56,569 nt of DNA from contig JBBAWM010000005.1 in assembly GCA_040397175.1 (NCBI GenBank), forward strand, positions 1 through 56,569, read 5' to 3'. The position numbers were made by a program, and so were the translations under genes. Shown here piece by piece: positions 25,250 to 34,980 of this stretch. This DNA comes from Candidatus Limnocylindrus sp. (GTDB lineage: Bacteria; Chloroflexota; Limnocylindria; Limnocylindrales; Limnocylindraceae). The notes under the pieces were generated by a model. That model did not search any database. It saw only the letters and a program-made list of their open reading frames with translations, and had not been told where the DNA came from. Position 1 is the stretch's first letter. Each line of letters begins with the position of its first letter.

Positions 25250-26200
25250 CTACTCCCTCTCAGATGCGGCGCGCAGTTCGCTGCCGCTCATCTGTTCCAG
25301 ATTCAACGCCGCCGCACCATTCGGCTGCAGGGCGATCACCCCATGCTCGTTGCTCATCACAATGGTACGCCCCCGTGGGGCCTCCATGCGGATCTCTTCA
25401 ATTGCTGTGCGTAGTAGTAGATGCGCACGTAACTCACCCCATGAGCCGATGTCGCTCCAGCCGCAGTCCAGTGGAAGGGTTCGCACCAGCCCAGCCGCGG
25501 CCGCGGGCTCCATCACGAACGTGTCAATTGGCCCAGCTGGCACCGTGCTGTACTCGCCGATCCCGTTGATCAGCGTGGGTGCAAAGCGCTGCAGTGCCCC
25601 GCGGGCACTGTCGCGTCGCCAGGCGAAGGTACCCGCATTCCATCGCGCGCCCGCGGCGATCAGTCGCTCCGCCTCATCGCGTTGCGGCTTCTCGGTAAAC
25701 CGTGAGACGCGCTCGCCGTCGGCGACGATGTAACCGAATCCTGTCTCAGGTCGAGTCGGCACCACACCGAGCGTGTAGAGTGCACCCGCTTCGCCGCTAG
25801 CGTGTTCGGCTGCGGCGGCAAGTGCGGTGCGCCAAGCGCTGGCATCGTGCACCGCATGGTCGGCGGGGATCACCAACATCACCGCGTCATCTGGTCGATC
25901 GATGGTTGCCACCGCGAGAGCGACCGCCGCCCCGGTGTTGCGGCTAACCGGCTCGGCAAGGATGTGGTCGGCGGCGATTTGGGGCGCGCATTCGCGGACC
26001 AGGTGCACCTGGCTCGCCGCGACCACGATGTAGGTGTCTGTGATGGGGACGAGTGGCGCGAGTCGCTCCAGGGTCACTGCGAGAGGGCTGCGCCCGTGCA
26101 AGAGCGGCAAGAACGGCTTCGGCCGATTGGGGCTACTGAGGGGCCAGAGGCGGGTTCCGCCGCCGCCGGCGAGAACGACCGCATAGGGTCGACTATTCAT
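25250..26200 (-). CDS. manC: Mannose-1-phosphate guanylyltransferase
   Basis: LAGGGGTRLWPLS..PKPF, EPVSRNT, PADH, ETGFGYI, FTEKP, WNAG, WSDIGSW. ATG at 26200 preferred; the ORF track starts at 26209. Confidence 0.88.
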   Translation of the reverse strand: MNSRPYAVVLAGGGGTRLWPLSSPNRPKPFLPLLHGRSPLAVTLERLAPLVPITDTYIVVAASQVHLVRECAPQIAADHILAEPVSRNTGAAVALAVATIDRPDDAVMLVIPADHAVHDASAWRTALAAAAEHASGEAGALYTLGVVPTRPETGFGYIVADGERVSRFTEKPQRDEAERLIAAGARWNAGTFAWRRDSARGALQRFAPTLINGIGEYSTVPAGPIDTFVMEPAAAAGLVRTLPLDCGWSDIGSWGELRAHLLLRTAIEEIRMEAPRGRTIVMSNEHGVIALQPNGAAALNLEQMSGSELRAASERE

Positions 26201-26256
26201 CTGCGGCATCGTAGCGTGCAGGCGCGTGGGTGAACGGGCTCGCGCGCGGTTCGTGC

Positions 26257-27093
26257 TCAGCGCCCGAAGAGGCGCCTGAGCATGCGTGGCACCGAGATGC
26301 TGCTCCGGCGGATCACGAGCCGCTCCTCAAATTCGGCCTTCACGCTGTACCCGAGTGAGGTGTAAACGGCGATAGCGGCAGCGTTCTCGCGCTGCACATT
26401 CAGCACCACTTCGTCACAGAAGGCGAAAAGGGCGTCGGTCACCGCCGAGGTGTTCGCATGCGCGTAGCCGTTGCCGCGCGCCCCCGACGCCGTCAGCACG
26501 TTCCCCACGACGGCGATGCGCTCGCGTCGACCGACCACATGGGTGCCGGCGGCCGCAACCAACTTGCCGTTGCGATGAATGCCGCGATAGACCCCCTCAG
26601 CAACCGCGAGTGGCGGGAGCCAGGCGGCAAAGCCCAGCTGGTAGAGGTGATTCAGCGCTGGCGCATCAGATGGGATCAGCGGCACCACGAGTGCGGCGGC
26701 GGGTCCGGTGTACGGCAGGAACTCGGTGCGCGTGAGGCCCATACGCAGCATGGGATTGATCTTCTCCGTCTCGTAGGTCAGATCAAGGATGCGGTCGCCT
26801 CCAACAGGGGTAGGCACCCAGGCGGCACGCGGACGAATCCCGTGCTGCAGGATCGTGGCGATCCCCTCTGGTTCGCCATACAGATGGAGCGGCTGCGGTG
26901 CCCATCCCGAGTACTCCATGCCGAGTGCAATGGGGGTTGCCCCGCGCCGAGCGACAAAGCAGCGCGTTCGCGGAAACTCACCGTCATCGAGATCGGCAAG
27001 GGCGTGTGCGGTGATCCAGCGGTCACCAGTGATGAGCGATCGCACCAGCTCACGATCACGCGTCGCCGAAACCTCGATCGGCATCGCGCTCAT
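26257..27093 (-). CDS. GNAT family N-acetyltransferase
   Basis: AAAGTHV, GNVLT..ARGNGYA acetyl-CoA motif, NAAAIAVYTSLGY. Confidence 0.85.
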   Translation of the reverse strand: MSAMPIEVSATRDRELVRSLITGDRWITAHALADLDDGEFPRTRCFVARRGATPIALGMEYSGWAPQPLHLYGEPEGIATILQHGIRPRAAWVPTPVGGDRILDLTYETEKINPMLRMGLTRTEFLPYTGPAAALVVPLIPSDAPALNHLYQLGFAAWLPPLAVAEGVYRGIHRNGKLVAAAGTHVVGRRERIAVVGNVLTASGARGNGYAHANTSAVTDALFAFCDEVVLNVQRENAAAIAVYTSLGYSVKAEFEERLVIRRSSISVPRMLRRLFGR

Positions 27094-28313
27094 CAGTCGA
27101 TCAGCGTGATGCCGTCAAGTGAGAGAAGCTCAACACGCGGCGTTGCAACCTGCACGCTGCTCGTCACGCCACGCGCGGCGAATGGCAAACCGCGTTGCGC
27201 CGCCGCGTTGTTGACGGCGTCAACACGCTTGGCCAGTTCGGCGCCGGTGAGATCGGTCGCTGTGGATCCGGCAACCAGATAGACAGGGACGCCCGAGAAA
27301 AGTGCAGCAGCCGCAAGGCCGACACCACCCGCTGGCACAACAGCGAATCCCGCTCGGCTCACCGCATCACTGCCAAGGACCAGTGCGCCGATGGGGCCGT
27401 CGGCACTCGCGATCTCGCTAGCGAGTTGACCATCTTCGAGGAGTCGCGGGGTGAAGCCAGCGCGCACCGCGTCAGCCGCGTCAATCGCGCCGAGCCGAGT
27501 TGCCCCGCGCACGTCAACGGTGGGACCAGCACCAATCGTGATGGTGCGCGCGCCAAGGTGGCGCAGCGCTTCATGAAGTGGGGCGAGATCGCCCCACGCG
27601 GTGGCGCCGAGGCCAGGCCCGCTGGCGATCGTGGTGCCGCGCGCAAGGCCCGCCCGTTTGAGCGCTGCGGCGATGCGATTGCCGTAGGCGGCGCGCTGGC
27701 CGAGCTGCGCTGCCGCACGGGTGGCGATGGCGACGTCGAGTCCCTCACCTGCCAACGCAACCGGGAGGAGTGTGTCGAGTTCGGCGTGGAGAGAGCCCGC
27801 AAGCGGAGCGGCATTACGAAGTGCAGCGGCGGCGGCGTGCAGACGTGCAATGCGACCGCCTGCAGACCCAACACTCGCCAGGGCGAGGGCGAAGGCGGCG
27901 GACAACCCTCGGATTGGACCGGGGGCAATGGCATCGACGGCCAGGAGTGCGGCGATGCTACTTGCGCTCGTGGCCCGGCGCTCGGCGATCACCGCTGGGA
28001 GGGCGCGGACGTCGAGCACGATCACCGCTCCGGCTTCATCACGAATGGGCGAGGCGAAGGCGGGCTCGGCCGCCGATGCATCCGCTTTGGTCAGTCCCGC
28101 ATCGCCTGGCATATCGAGGTGCGTCTCGGCGGCGCGGCGACGCGTTGGCTCTGCACCAGTCTCGCGCGCGGGCCCTTGCAGGTCGGCGCTGAGCGCCTCG
28201 GCCTGACCGCGCAGCGCGCCAAGTGCACCGAAGAGTGAGCCGGCGGTGGCTGCACCGTCGTTGGCGATGCTGCGAAGGAAGGTTCGACGATCGCTTGCGG
28301 GGCGCTTCGCCAT
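27093..28313 (-). CDS. Degenerate MtnA/eIF2B-fold protein (probable pseudo-isomerase) with an N-terminal extension
   Basis: VIVLDVRALP, LVLGSDAV, LAAAALFSGVPVYLVA and TPRVELL..DG align by eye to MtnA, but active-site motifs are substituted. Confidence 0.6.
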   Translation of the reverse strand: MAKRPASDRRTFLRSIANDGAATAGSLFGALGALRGQAEALSADLQGPARETGAEPTRRRAAETHLDMPGDAGLTKADASAAEPAFASPIRDEAGAVIVLDVRALPAVIAERRATSASSIAALLAVDAIAPGPIRGLSAAFALALASVGSAGGRIARLHAAAAALRNAAPLAGSLHAELDTLLPVALAGEGLDVAIATRAAAQLGQRAAYGNRIAAALKRAGLARGTTIASGPGLGATAWGDLAPLHEALRHLGARTITIGAGPTVDVRGATRLGAIDAADAVRAGFTPRLLEDGQLASEIASADGPIGALVLGSDAVSRAGFAVVPAGGVGLAAAALFSGVPVYLVAGSTATDLTGAELAKRVDAVNNAAAQRGLPFAARGVTSSVQVATPRVELLSLDGITLID

Positions 28314-28320
28314 GCGGCGA

Positions 28321-28842
28321 CTAGAAGGCGATGATCGCCGAGACGATGCCGTCTGGGAGTCGCTTGCGACCACCAAGGACGGGGAGCTCTGCCAAGAAGC
28401 TGATGCCAACGACCGTCGCGCCGAGCTGCTCAACGAGTTTCACGGTGCCAGCGACGGTGCCGCCCGTCGCAAGGACGTCGTCGACGATCACCACGCGCGC
28501 GCCCTTCTCGAGCGCGTCGCGATGGATCTCCAACACGTTCTTGCCGTACTCCAAGTCGTACTCCACCGAGATGGTCTCGGCGGGAAGCTTGCCGAGCTTG
28601 CGCACCGGCACAAAACCAACGCCAAGGGTTGCGGCAATCGGCGCGCCAAAGATGAAGCCGCGCGATTCGATGCCGATGATCACGTCGGGCTTCAGCCCAC
28701 GGATCGGTGCCGTCATCGCCTCGAGGGCAGCGGCGAAGGCCTCGCCATCCTGCAGGAGGGTGGTGATATCGCGAAAGACAATCCCCTTCTTCGGAAAGTC
28801 GGGGATCGTTCGAATCTTCGAAGAGAGCTGTTCTGGGGTCAC
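28321..28842 (-). CDS. apt: Adenine phosphoribosyltransferase
   Basis: IPDFPKKGIVFRDIT, ESRGF, RKLGKLP, YDLEYG, VDDVLATGGT. Confidence 0.97.
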   Translation of the reverse strand: MTPEQLSSKIRTIPDFPKKGIVFRDITTLLQDGEAFAAALEAMTAPIRGLKPDVIIGIESRGFIFGAPIAATLGVGFVPVRKLGKLPAETISVEYDLEYGKNVLEIHRDALEKGARVVIVDDVLATGGTVAGTVKLVEQLGATVVGISFLAELPVLGGRKRLPDGIVSAIIAF

Positions 28843-28851
28843 GGCGGGAGT

Positions 28852-31800
28852 TTACGCGAGCGGCGCGCCCGCCGTGTTCGTCGCCTCCCAGCGGCGCACC
28901 TCAGCCACGATCCCCTGCACCAGCCGTGCGGCAAGGCGCCACGCCTCCCCGCCTGCCACCCGCTCCCTACTGCGGATCTGACTGCCGCTCATGCTGAGCT
29001 CCGGGATGGGGTTTGCCACCAGGGCGCGCGCGGCGAGGCCAGGCTGTAGCTCACCGAGGCGCACGATCAGGCGTCCCTCCTCGATGAGGAGTGAGGCAAG
29101 CCCCGCCTCGCTAGCACCGGCGCGAAGTCGTGCCACCTCGAGGAGTCGTTCCGCCTCTGCCGGAGGTGCACCGAATCGGTCCCGCAGCTCTTCGCCGATC
29201 GCGTTGATCGTGGCGTCGGCATCGGCGATGCCGAGGCGGCGATAGAGATCAAGTCGTTGACCCTCGTCGGCCACATACGTATCGGCAAGGTGCGCTGACA
29301 CGGGAAGGTCAATGAGTGTCGCCGTGCGACGTCGCGCCGGATCGCGACCTTCACGGCTCGCGCGACGCACCTCGACCGCATCGGCGAGGAGCTGCGAGTA
29401 GAGATCGAAGCCAACCGCCGCAATGTGACCAGACTGCTCGCCGCCGAGCAGGTCGCCCGCACCGCGAATCTCCAGATCCGCGAGTGCTAACTGAAAGCCG
29501 GCGCCGAGGTGCGACGCGTCAAAGATTGCCTTGAGGCGCTTGCGCGCATCATCGGTCAGCGCTTCTTCGCGTCGGTAGAGCAGATAGCACCAGGCACGAC
29601 GACTGCTGCGCCCCACACGGCCACGCAGCTGATAGAGCTGGGCAAGCCCGAGGCGATCTGCCCGATCGATGATGATGGTGTTGGCATTCGGAATGTCGAG
29701 GCCCGATTCGATGATGGTGGTACAGACCAAGATCTGCGCCTCACCGCGCACGAATTCGCCCATGACGCGCTCCAGTGCGCGCTCCTCCATCTGCCCGTGC
29801 CCCACCACTACGCGGGCATCGGGAACGAGTCGGCGAATCTGCTCCGCCGCCGCCTCAATCGACTCGACGCGGTTATGTACGTAGTACGACTGGCCGCCGC
29901 GCTCTAGTTCTCGCAGCAGTGCATCGCGCACCAGCTCGAGACTCGCCTCGGTCACACGCGTAGCCACAGGGTGGCGATCTTCTGGAGGAGTCTCAATCGT
30001 GGAGAGGTCGCGAATTCCCGAGAGGGCGAGGTTCAACGTGCGTGGGATCGGCGTAGCGGTAAGCGTCATCACATCAAGTTCGGCGCGGAGCGACTTCATA
30101 CGCTCCTTGGCGGCGACACCGAAGCGATGCTCCTCATCCACCACGAGCAAGCCGAGGTGCTTGAAGGCCACATCTTTGGAAAGCAGCCGATGGGTGGCAA
30201 CGACCAGGTCAACCTCACCCGTGGCGAGCTTGGCGACGATCTCGGCCTGTCGCGCCGCCGAAACGCTGCGCGAGAGGAGTTCGAGCTTGAACGGATATGC
30301 CGCGAGGCGGCGACGGAAGGTCTCGATGTGCTGCAGGGCGAGCACGGTGGTCGGCACCAGCACAGCAACTTGTCGCCCAGCCTCAAGCACGGCAAAGGCG
30401 GCGCGCAACGCCACCTCCGTCTTGCCGTAGCCAACGTCGCCCACAATCACGCGGTCCATCGGGCGCGGCCGACTCAGGTCACCCTTCGTCGCCTCAATCG
30501 CGGTGAGTTGATCAGGCGTCTCGCGATACGGGAAGGCCGCCTCAAACTCGGCGAGCCACGGACTTCCTGGCGTGATCGCCGGGCGATGCGCCAACTCACG
30601 GGCCGCGTAGATGCGCAGCAGTTCGTCGGCAAGGTCGTCGGCCGCCTTCTTGGCGCGCTCCTTTGCGCGGCGCCACTCGCCCCCACCGAGTCGACTGAGC
30701 TGCGGATGCTCCGAGCCGGTGTAGCGCGCAATGCGCGCCAACTGCTCGACTGGAGTGAACACGGTGTCGGTACCGCCGTAGGCGATCTCAAGGTAGTCGC
30801 GCTGATCGCCGTCACCGCCGCGGCGAAGCATGCCCACGAAACGACCAACGCCGTGATCCACATGCACCAAGTAGTCGCCCGGGGTGAGTCGCTCCGCCGC
30901 CTCGCGCGTGATGCCGCGACGATGCACCGCCGGTCGACGAACACGCGTCGCACCGAAGAGCTCGCGGTCGGTGATCACCGTCAACCCATCAACGCCACCC
31001 TGGAATCCGCCGTCGAGGCCGCCGGTCAAGATCGTCAGCGAGCCAGGCTTTGGGTTGGTGAGCAACCCTTCACGCACCACTGCGCGTTCGCCACCCTCGG
31101 TGATCAGTTCGGCAATGCGTGCCGCCTGTTCGGAGACGATCAGCACGCGCGCCTTGTCGCGGCGCCAGGTTTCAAGGCCCTCGGTGAGCGCGCGTGATCG
31201 CCCGCTCGGCACCACCGGGTCGTGCCAGCCGAATGAGTCGTCGCCATCGGCGCGCAGCAGCGTCGTCGGGTCGGAGCTCCAGGTCAGTGCGAGTCGCTGT
31301 CGACCAGTCGCCGCGAGTGCTGCAATGAGTGCACCGCCCTCTGGGATCGGCGACGGCCAACCTGCGGGCAAGAGGCGCGTGGTGCGCAGCACATCGGCGC
31401 GCTCTTCGGTCTGACGTGAGAGCGCATCGGCGGCCTGGCGCAACTCGCCTGGCTCATCAAGCACCACCAGCGCATCGCCCACCTGGTCGTAGGCGCGCTC
31501 GGCGGTGAGGAACACCGACCAAAGCTCGAGGCCATCGCCGCGCTCGGCCTGGTTTCTTGCGGCGAGGCCCGCCTCCCAGCGCGCTAGGTCTTCAGCGAGT
31601 CGAGGCGGCAGTTCAGCTTCGCCACCGCCGCGCACGATCCCTTCAGCGGTTGCTCGGGCGGCGGCAATGCGTGCCACATCAAGCGGGAACTCGCTCGCTG
31701 GCAGCAGCTGCACGAGCGGCACCGCCTCACGGCTGCGCTGGTCGGCAGGGTCGATGCGCCGAATGCTCTCGATCTCATCGCCGAACCACTCAATGCGGAG

Positions 31801-32385
31801 CGGCGAGGTCTCGCCCGCGGGGAAGAGGTCGACGATGCCGCCGCGTCGTGCAATCTCGCCGCGGCCACCAACAAGCGAGACGGCCTCGTAGCCAAGGGCG
31901 AGAGCTCGCGTTGTGACGGCGTCGAGGGGGATGCGATCACCTGCACGCAGGAGCAGGGTTTCGGCACGCAGGTCGGCAAGCGAGATTGTTGGCTGCGCCA
32001 CCGCGAGCAACGAGGTCACCAGGATGCGTGGGCTCCCCTCGTGCCAGGCGGCGAGCGTAGCAACGCGGCCAGCCGACTCATCGATGACGAGTTCGCCGCG
32101 CTCGTACGGCAGCGCACTGCGCGGCTCGAGCAGGACAACGTGCGAAGGGTCGTGGAACCAGGAGCGCAGCGCATCAGCAACGCGCTCGGCGACCTCTGGG
32201 TCGCGCGCAACCCAGACGATGCGCCGATCTGCGGCGAGCGCTGCCCCGAGCTGCGCCTTTGCGGCATGCGGAACATGGATGAGCGATGCATCGCTCTTCG
32301 TTAGTTGTTTGGTAAGGGCCGTGAATGGTGCTGCGGCGCGCAGCGTGTCGAGGAGAGGCGCGAGTGACGGTGTGTGGCGATTCAC
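28852..32385 (-). CDS. mfd: Transcription-repair coupling factor
   Basis: RRGGIVDLFP, VHVDHGVG, FPYRETPDQ, GDVGYGKTEVA, DEEHRFG, TATPIPRTL, QLRGRVGR, TRG motif. Confidence 0.97.
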   Translation of the reverse strand: MNRHTPSLAPLLDTLRAAAPFTALTKQLTKSDASLIHVPHAAKAQLGAALAADRRIVWVARDPEVAERVADALRSWFHDPSHVVLLEPRSALPYERGELVIDESAGRVATLAAWHEGSPRILVTSLLAVAQPTISLADLRAETLLLRAGDRIPLDAVTTRALALGYEAVSLVGGRGEIARRGGIVDLFPAGETSPLRIEWFGDEIESIRRIDPADQRSREAVPLVQLLPASEFPLDVARIAAARATAEGIVRGGGEAELPPRLAEDLARWEAGLAARNQAERGDGLELWSVFLTAERAYDQVGDALVVLDEPGELRQAADALSRQTEERADVLRTTRLLPAGWPSPIPEGGALIAALAATGRQRLALTWSSDPTTLLRADGDDSFGWHDPVVPSGRSRALTEGLETWRRDKARVLIVSEQAARIAELITEGGERAVVREGLLTNPKPGSLTILTGGLDGGFQGGVDGLTVITDRELFGATRVRRPAVHRRGITREAAERLTPGDYLVHVDHGVGRFVGMLRRGGDGDQRDYLEIAYGGTDTVFTPVEQLARIARYTGSEHPQLSRLGGGEWRRAKERAKKAADDLADELLRIYAARELAHRPAITPGSPWLAEFEAAFPYRETPDQLTAIEATKGDLSRPRPMDRVIVGDVGYGKTEVALRAAFAVLEAGRQVAVLVPTTVLALQHIETFRRRLAAYPFKLELLSRSVSAARQAEIVAKLATGEVDLVVATHRLLSKDVAFKHLGLLVVDEEHRFGVAAKERMKSLRAELDVMTLTATPIPRTLNLALSGIRDLSTIETPPEDRHPVATRVTEASLELVRDALLRELERGGQSYYVHNRVESIEAAAEQIRRLVPDARVVVGHGQMEERALERVMGEFVRGEAQILVCTTIIESGLDIPNANTIIIDRADRLGLAQLYQLRGRVGRSSRRAWCYLLYRREEALTDDARKRLKAIFDASHLGAGFQLALADLEIRGAGDLLGGEQSGHIAAVGFDLYSQLLADAVEVRRASREGRDPARRRTATLIDLPVSAHLADTYVADEGQRLDLYRRLGIADADATINAIGEELRDRFGAPPAEAERLLEVARLRAGASEAGLASLLIEEGRLIVRLGELQPGLAARALVANPIPELSMSGSQIRSRERVAGGEAWRLAARLVQGIVAEVRRWEATNTAGAPLA

Positions 32386-33113
32386 CCTTCGCGATCGGCC
32401 TTGTCGCGACCGAGGATCTTGCGCCAGCCGTGTGACGTCTTACGAATGCCGTCGGCGCCAGCCGGACCATCGACCTCACCTGGCTTCGGCAAATTAGCCG
32501 GATCGGCGGCACTGCCAGCCTCAGGCTCAGGGAGCGCCCAGCCGTTGAATGCGGTCGCCGCCTTGTTCAGTCCGCTGCGTGCCCACATCTCAATCGCCTC
32601 GCCAGTGGCAACCTCAACCTCCGGGAGGCGCAATCGCTCGGCGGCGGTGAACTCTCCGAGCACATGCTGATGCGCCGTTCCCGATTGACGTGGGTCGCCA
32701 ATGCCGACGCGCAGGCGCGGGTACTTGTCGGTGCCGAGTTCGTCGGTAATGGAGGTGAGCCCGTTGTGCCCGCCAGCGCTCCCCCCCTCGCGGAATCGGA
32801 GCGTGCCGAATGGCAGGCTGAAATCGTCTACGACCACAAGCAGTGCTGTGAGTGGCACGCGCTCGGCGGCGAGCAGCTTGCGTACCGCGATGCCAGATTC
32901 ATTCATGAAAGTGTCGGGCTTTGCCATCACGAGGTCGAGGCCCAAGACGCGACCGGCATGCACCATCGCCGCATCGCGACGCTTCCCACCGCCGCGCCAG
33001 TTCACGCGATCGGCGAAGGCATCGAGTACGAGCCAGGCGATGTTGTGCCGCGTGTAGTGGTACTTATCGCCAGGGTTACCGAGACCAACAACGAGGCGGC
33101 GATCCTCACTCAT
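32382..33113 (-). CDS. pth: Peptidyl-tRNA hydrolase with a C-terminal extension
   Basis: LVVGLGNPG..Y..TRHN, KPDTFMNESG, GGHNGL, RLRVGIG. Confidence 0.95.
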   Translation of the reverse strand: MSEDRRLVVGLGNPGDKYHYTRHNIAWLVLDAFADRVNWRGGGKRRDAAMVHAGRVLGLDLVMAKPDTFMNESGIAVRKLLAAERVPLTALLVVVDDFSLPFGTLRFREGGSAGGHNGLTSITDELGTDKYPRLRVGIGDPRQSGTAHQHVLGEFTAAERLRLPEVEVATGEAIEMWARSGLNKAATAFNGWALPEPEAGSAADPANLPKPGEVDGPAGADGIRKTSHGWRKILGRDKADREG

Positions 33114-33667
33114 GCGCTCACCCTCATCGCGCGCCGATGTGCGCGCAGGATGCGCTCCTGCTCCGCCCACATTGCCGTGCGACCGGCAGGTGTTCGGTGA
33201 TCCCAGCCGCACAGATGTAATGCGCCATGCACGGCGAGGAGTCGCAGCTCATCAGCGGGCGCGTGGCTCGTTGCACCATCGGTGCCGCCGTGCCCTTCGC
33301 GTGCCTGCGCAATAGCGCGATCGATGCTGATGACAATGTCGCCAAGGGGGAGCGTTTCGCCGGTGACGATCGGGGCGGCAACCTTGTGCGCGGCCTTTCG
33401 CGCGGTGCCCAGTCGCGCGGGATACGCGGTCGGTTCCAGGAGCGGGAAACTCAACACGTCGGTGGCACCGCGCTTCTTCATCTGTGACTCGTTGAGTGCA
33501 GTGATTTCGCGGTCATCAACAAGGGTGACGACCACTTCACCGTTCTTTGGTGCGCCAGAGAGTCGCAAGGCGCGTTCAACGAGGGCACAAAGTTCGGTAG
33601 CGGTGACGGTGATGCCGCCGCGCCTGCGGCGCACGATGCGCGCGCGTGGCCCGGAGCTGCGGCTCAT
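33110..33667 (-). CDS. ybeY: rRNA maturation endonuclease YbeY
   Basis: TDVLSFP, LGDIVIS, HGALHLCGWDH. Confidence 0.93.
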   Translation of the reverse strand: MSRSSGPRARIVRRRRGGITVTATELCALVERALRLSGAPKNGEVVVTLVDDREITALNESQMKKRGATDVLSFPLLEPTAYPARLGTARKAAHKVAAPIVTGETLPLGDIVISIDRAIAQAREGHGGTDGATSHAPADELRLLAVHGALHLCGWDHRTPAGRTAMWAEQERILRAHRRAMRVSA

Positions 33668-34116
33668 CCGCGTGCGGCGAGCGCCGCGGTGACCTTCCCC
33701 GAGAGGACCTTTCCATCGACACGGCCCTTGGTCTTCGGTCCGAGCCAGCCCATGACCTTCCCCATCTCCTTCGACGAGGCTGCGCCGGTAGCGCTGAGCG
33801 CCTCAGCGACGAGTGCATCGACATCGGCATCGCTCAACTGCTCAGGCATGTAGGTGGAGAGGATCGTGATCTCGGCGGTTTCGGCATCGGCGAGGTCAGC
33901 ACGATTCGCGGCGGTGTAGGCGTCAACGGACTCCTTGCGCGTCTTGACCGCCTTCACGATGACCCCGAGCACCTCGTCGTCGGTGGCGTCGCGCTTTAGC
34001 TCCTTCTCAACGAGGGCGAGCGACGAGAGGGCCATGCGCAGGGTGTCGCGACGCAGCGTCTCACCCGACCGCATAGCGGCCGAGACATCAGCTTTCAGTT
34101 GATCTCGAAGCGACAT
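33664..34116 (-). CDS. GatB/YqeY domain protein
   Basis: RKESVDAY..ANRADLA..E.AEITIL..YMP..LS, MGKVMG; classic position after rpsU. Confidence 0.92.
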   Translation of the reverse strand: MSLRDQLKADVSAAMRSGETLRRDTLRMALSSLALVEKELKRDATDDEVLGVIVKAVKTRKESVDAYTAANRADLADAETAEITILSTYMPEQLSDADVDALVAEALSATGAASSKEMGKVMGWLGPKTKGRVDGKVLSGKVTAALAARG

Positions 34117-34164
34117 GCGCTGCTCCTCTCCGGCGGCTAGGCCGCACTGGGGCGCGCCGTGGGG

Positions 34165-34356
34165 CTAGATCCCGCGCGGTGCTCCGCCCATCGGCTTCTT
34201 GCGCTTGGCGTCCTTGCGCTTCTTCTTCTCCGCGGCGTTCTCGAACGCTTCGCGGCGGCGCGACTCGGCCAAGATGCCGGCCTGCTGGACCTTCTTATTG
34301 AAACGGCGCAGCGCGGCCTCGAAAGACTCGTTCTCGCCGATACGTACTTCTGCCAA
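34165..34356 (-). CDS. rpsU: 30S ribosomal protein S21 (TTG start)
   Basis: AEVRIGENESFEAALRRFNKKVQQAGILAESRRRE; SD AGGAGGTG before the TTG at 34356. Confidence 0.93.
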   Translation of the reverse strand: MAEVRIGENESFEAALRRFNKKVQQAGILAESRRREAFENAAEKKKRKDAKRKKPMGGAPRGI

Positions 34357-34407
34357 GTGGCACCTCCTAAGGGGAGGAGGATAGCCGATCCCCCGCACGA
34401 GGGCGAC

Positions 34408-34980
34408 TTAGCGCGGGAGGGGCACCTCTTCGAGCATCCCTTGGAGGGTAAGCAGGAGGGTGTTGGCCGCCTCGCTGTCGAGGTCAGCCGAGGGGGTGCG
34501 CTGCAAGATCACGAGCAAGCTCCCCGATTGAAAGAGGCTGAATTGTGCGTCGGGGGGGACGAGCACCAGGTTGACCGGTGCAACCAGATAGGCGGCCAGC
34601 TGGGAGGCGGCGGCCCGCGCTGTGGCGGCATCAGTGAACGAGACGGCGACCAACGGAATGCCGTTCGGGGCACGACCCGAGGCGGCGCGTACCACCGTGC
34701 GGGGGAGGCTGTTCATCTCGGGTGGGAGTGGCGGGCGCACGTCGGCGCTGCCAACGATCGGGCCCAGTCCCGCGGCGGTGATGACGGAAACGAGCAGTCC
34801 TTCGGCTTGCGCCGCCTCTGCCGAGCTGCGTGCCGTCGGCGCCGCCGATGCGGCGGGGCCCTGCGGATCTGGCATCACGGGGCCACCCGACAGGAAGCTA
34901 AAGATCGCCATGCCGCCGACCAGCACAATCACGGTGGTGTACGGGAAGCGACGCTTGCGCGTCGTTGGGGCTTCGCTCAT
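34408..34980 (-). CDS. Hypothetical membrane-anchored protein
   Basis: Basic n-region, TM helix, Ala/Pro linker; ATGA overlap with the HIT gene. Confidence 0.65.
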   Translation of the reverse strand: MSEAPTTRKRRFPYTTVIVLVGGMAIFSFLSGGPVMPDPQGPAASAAPTARSSAEAAQAEGLLVSVITAAGLGPIVGSADVRPPLPPEMNSLPRTVVRAASGRAPNGIPLVAVSFTDAATARAAASQLAAYLVAPVNLVLVPPDAQFSLFQSGSLLVILQRTPSADLDSEAANTLLLTLQGMLEEVPLPR

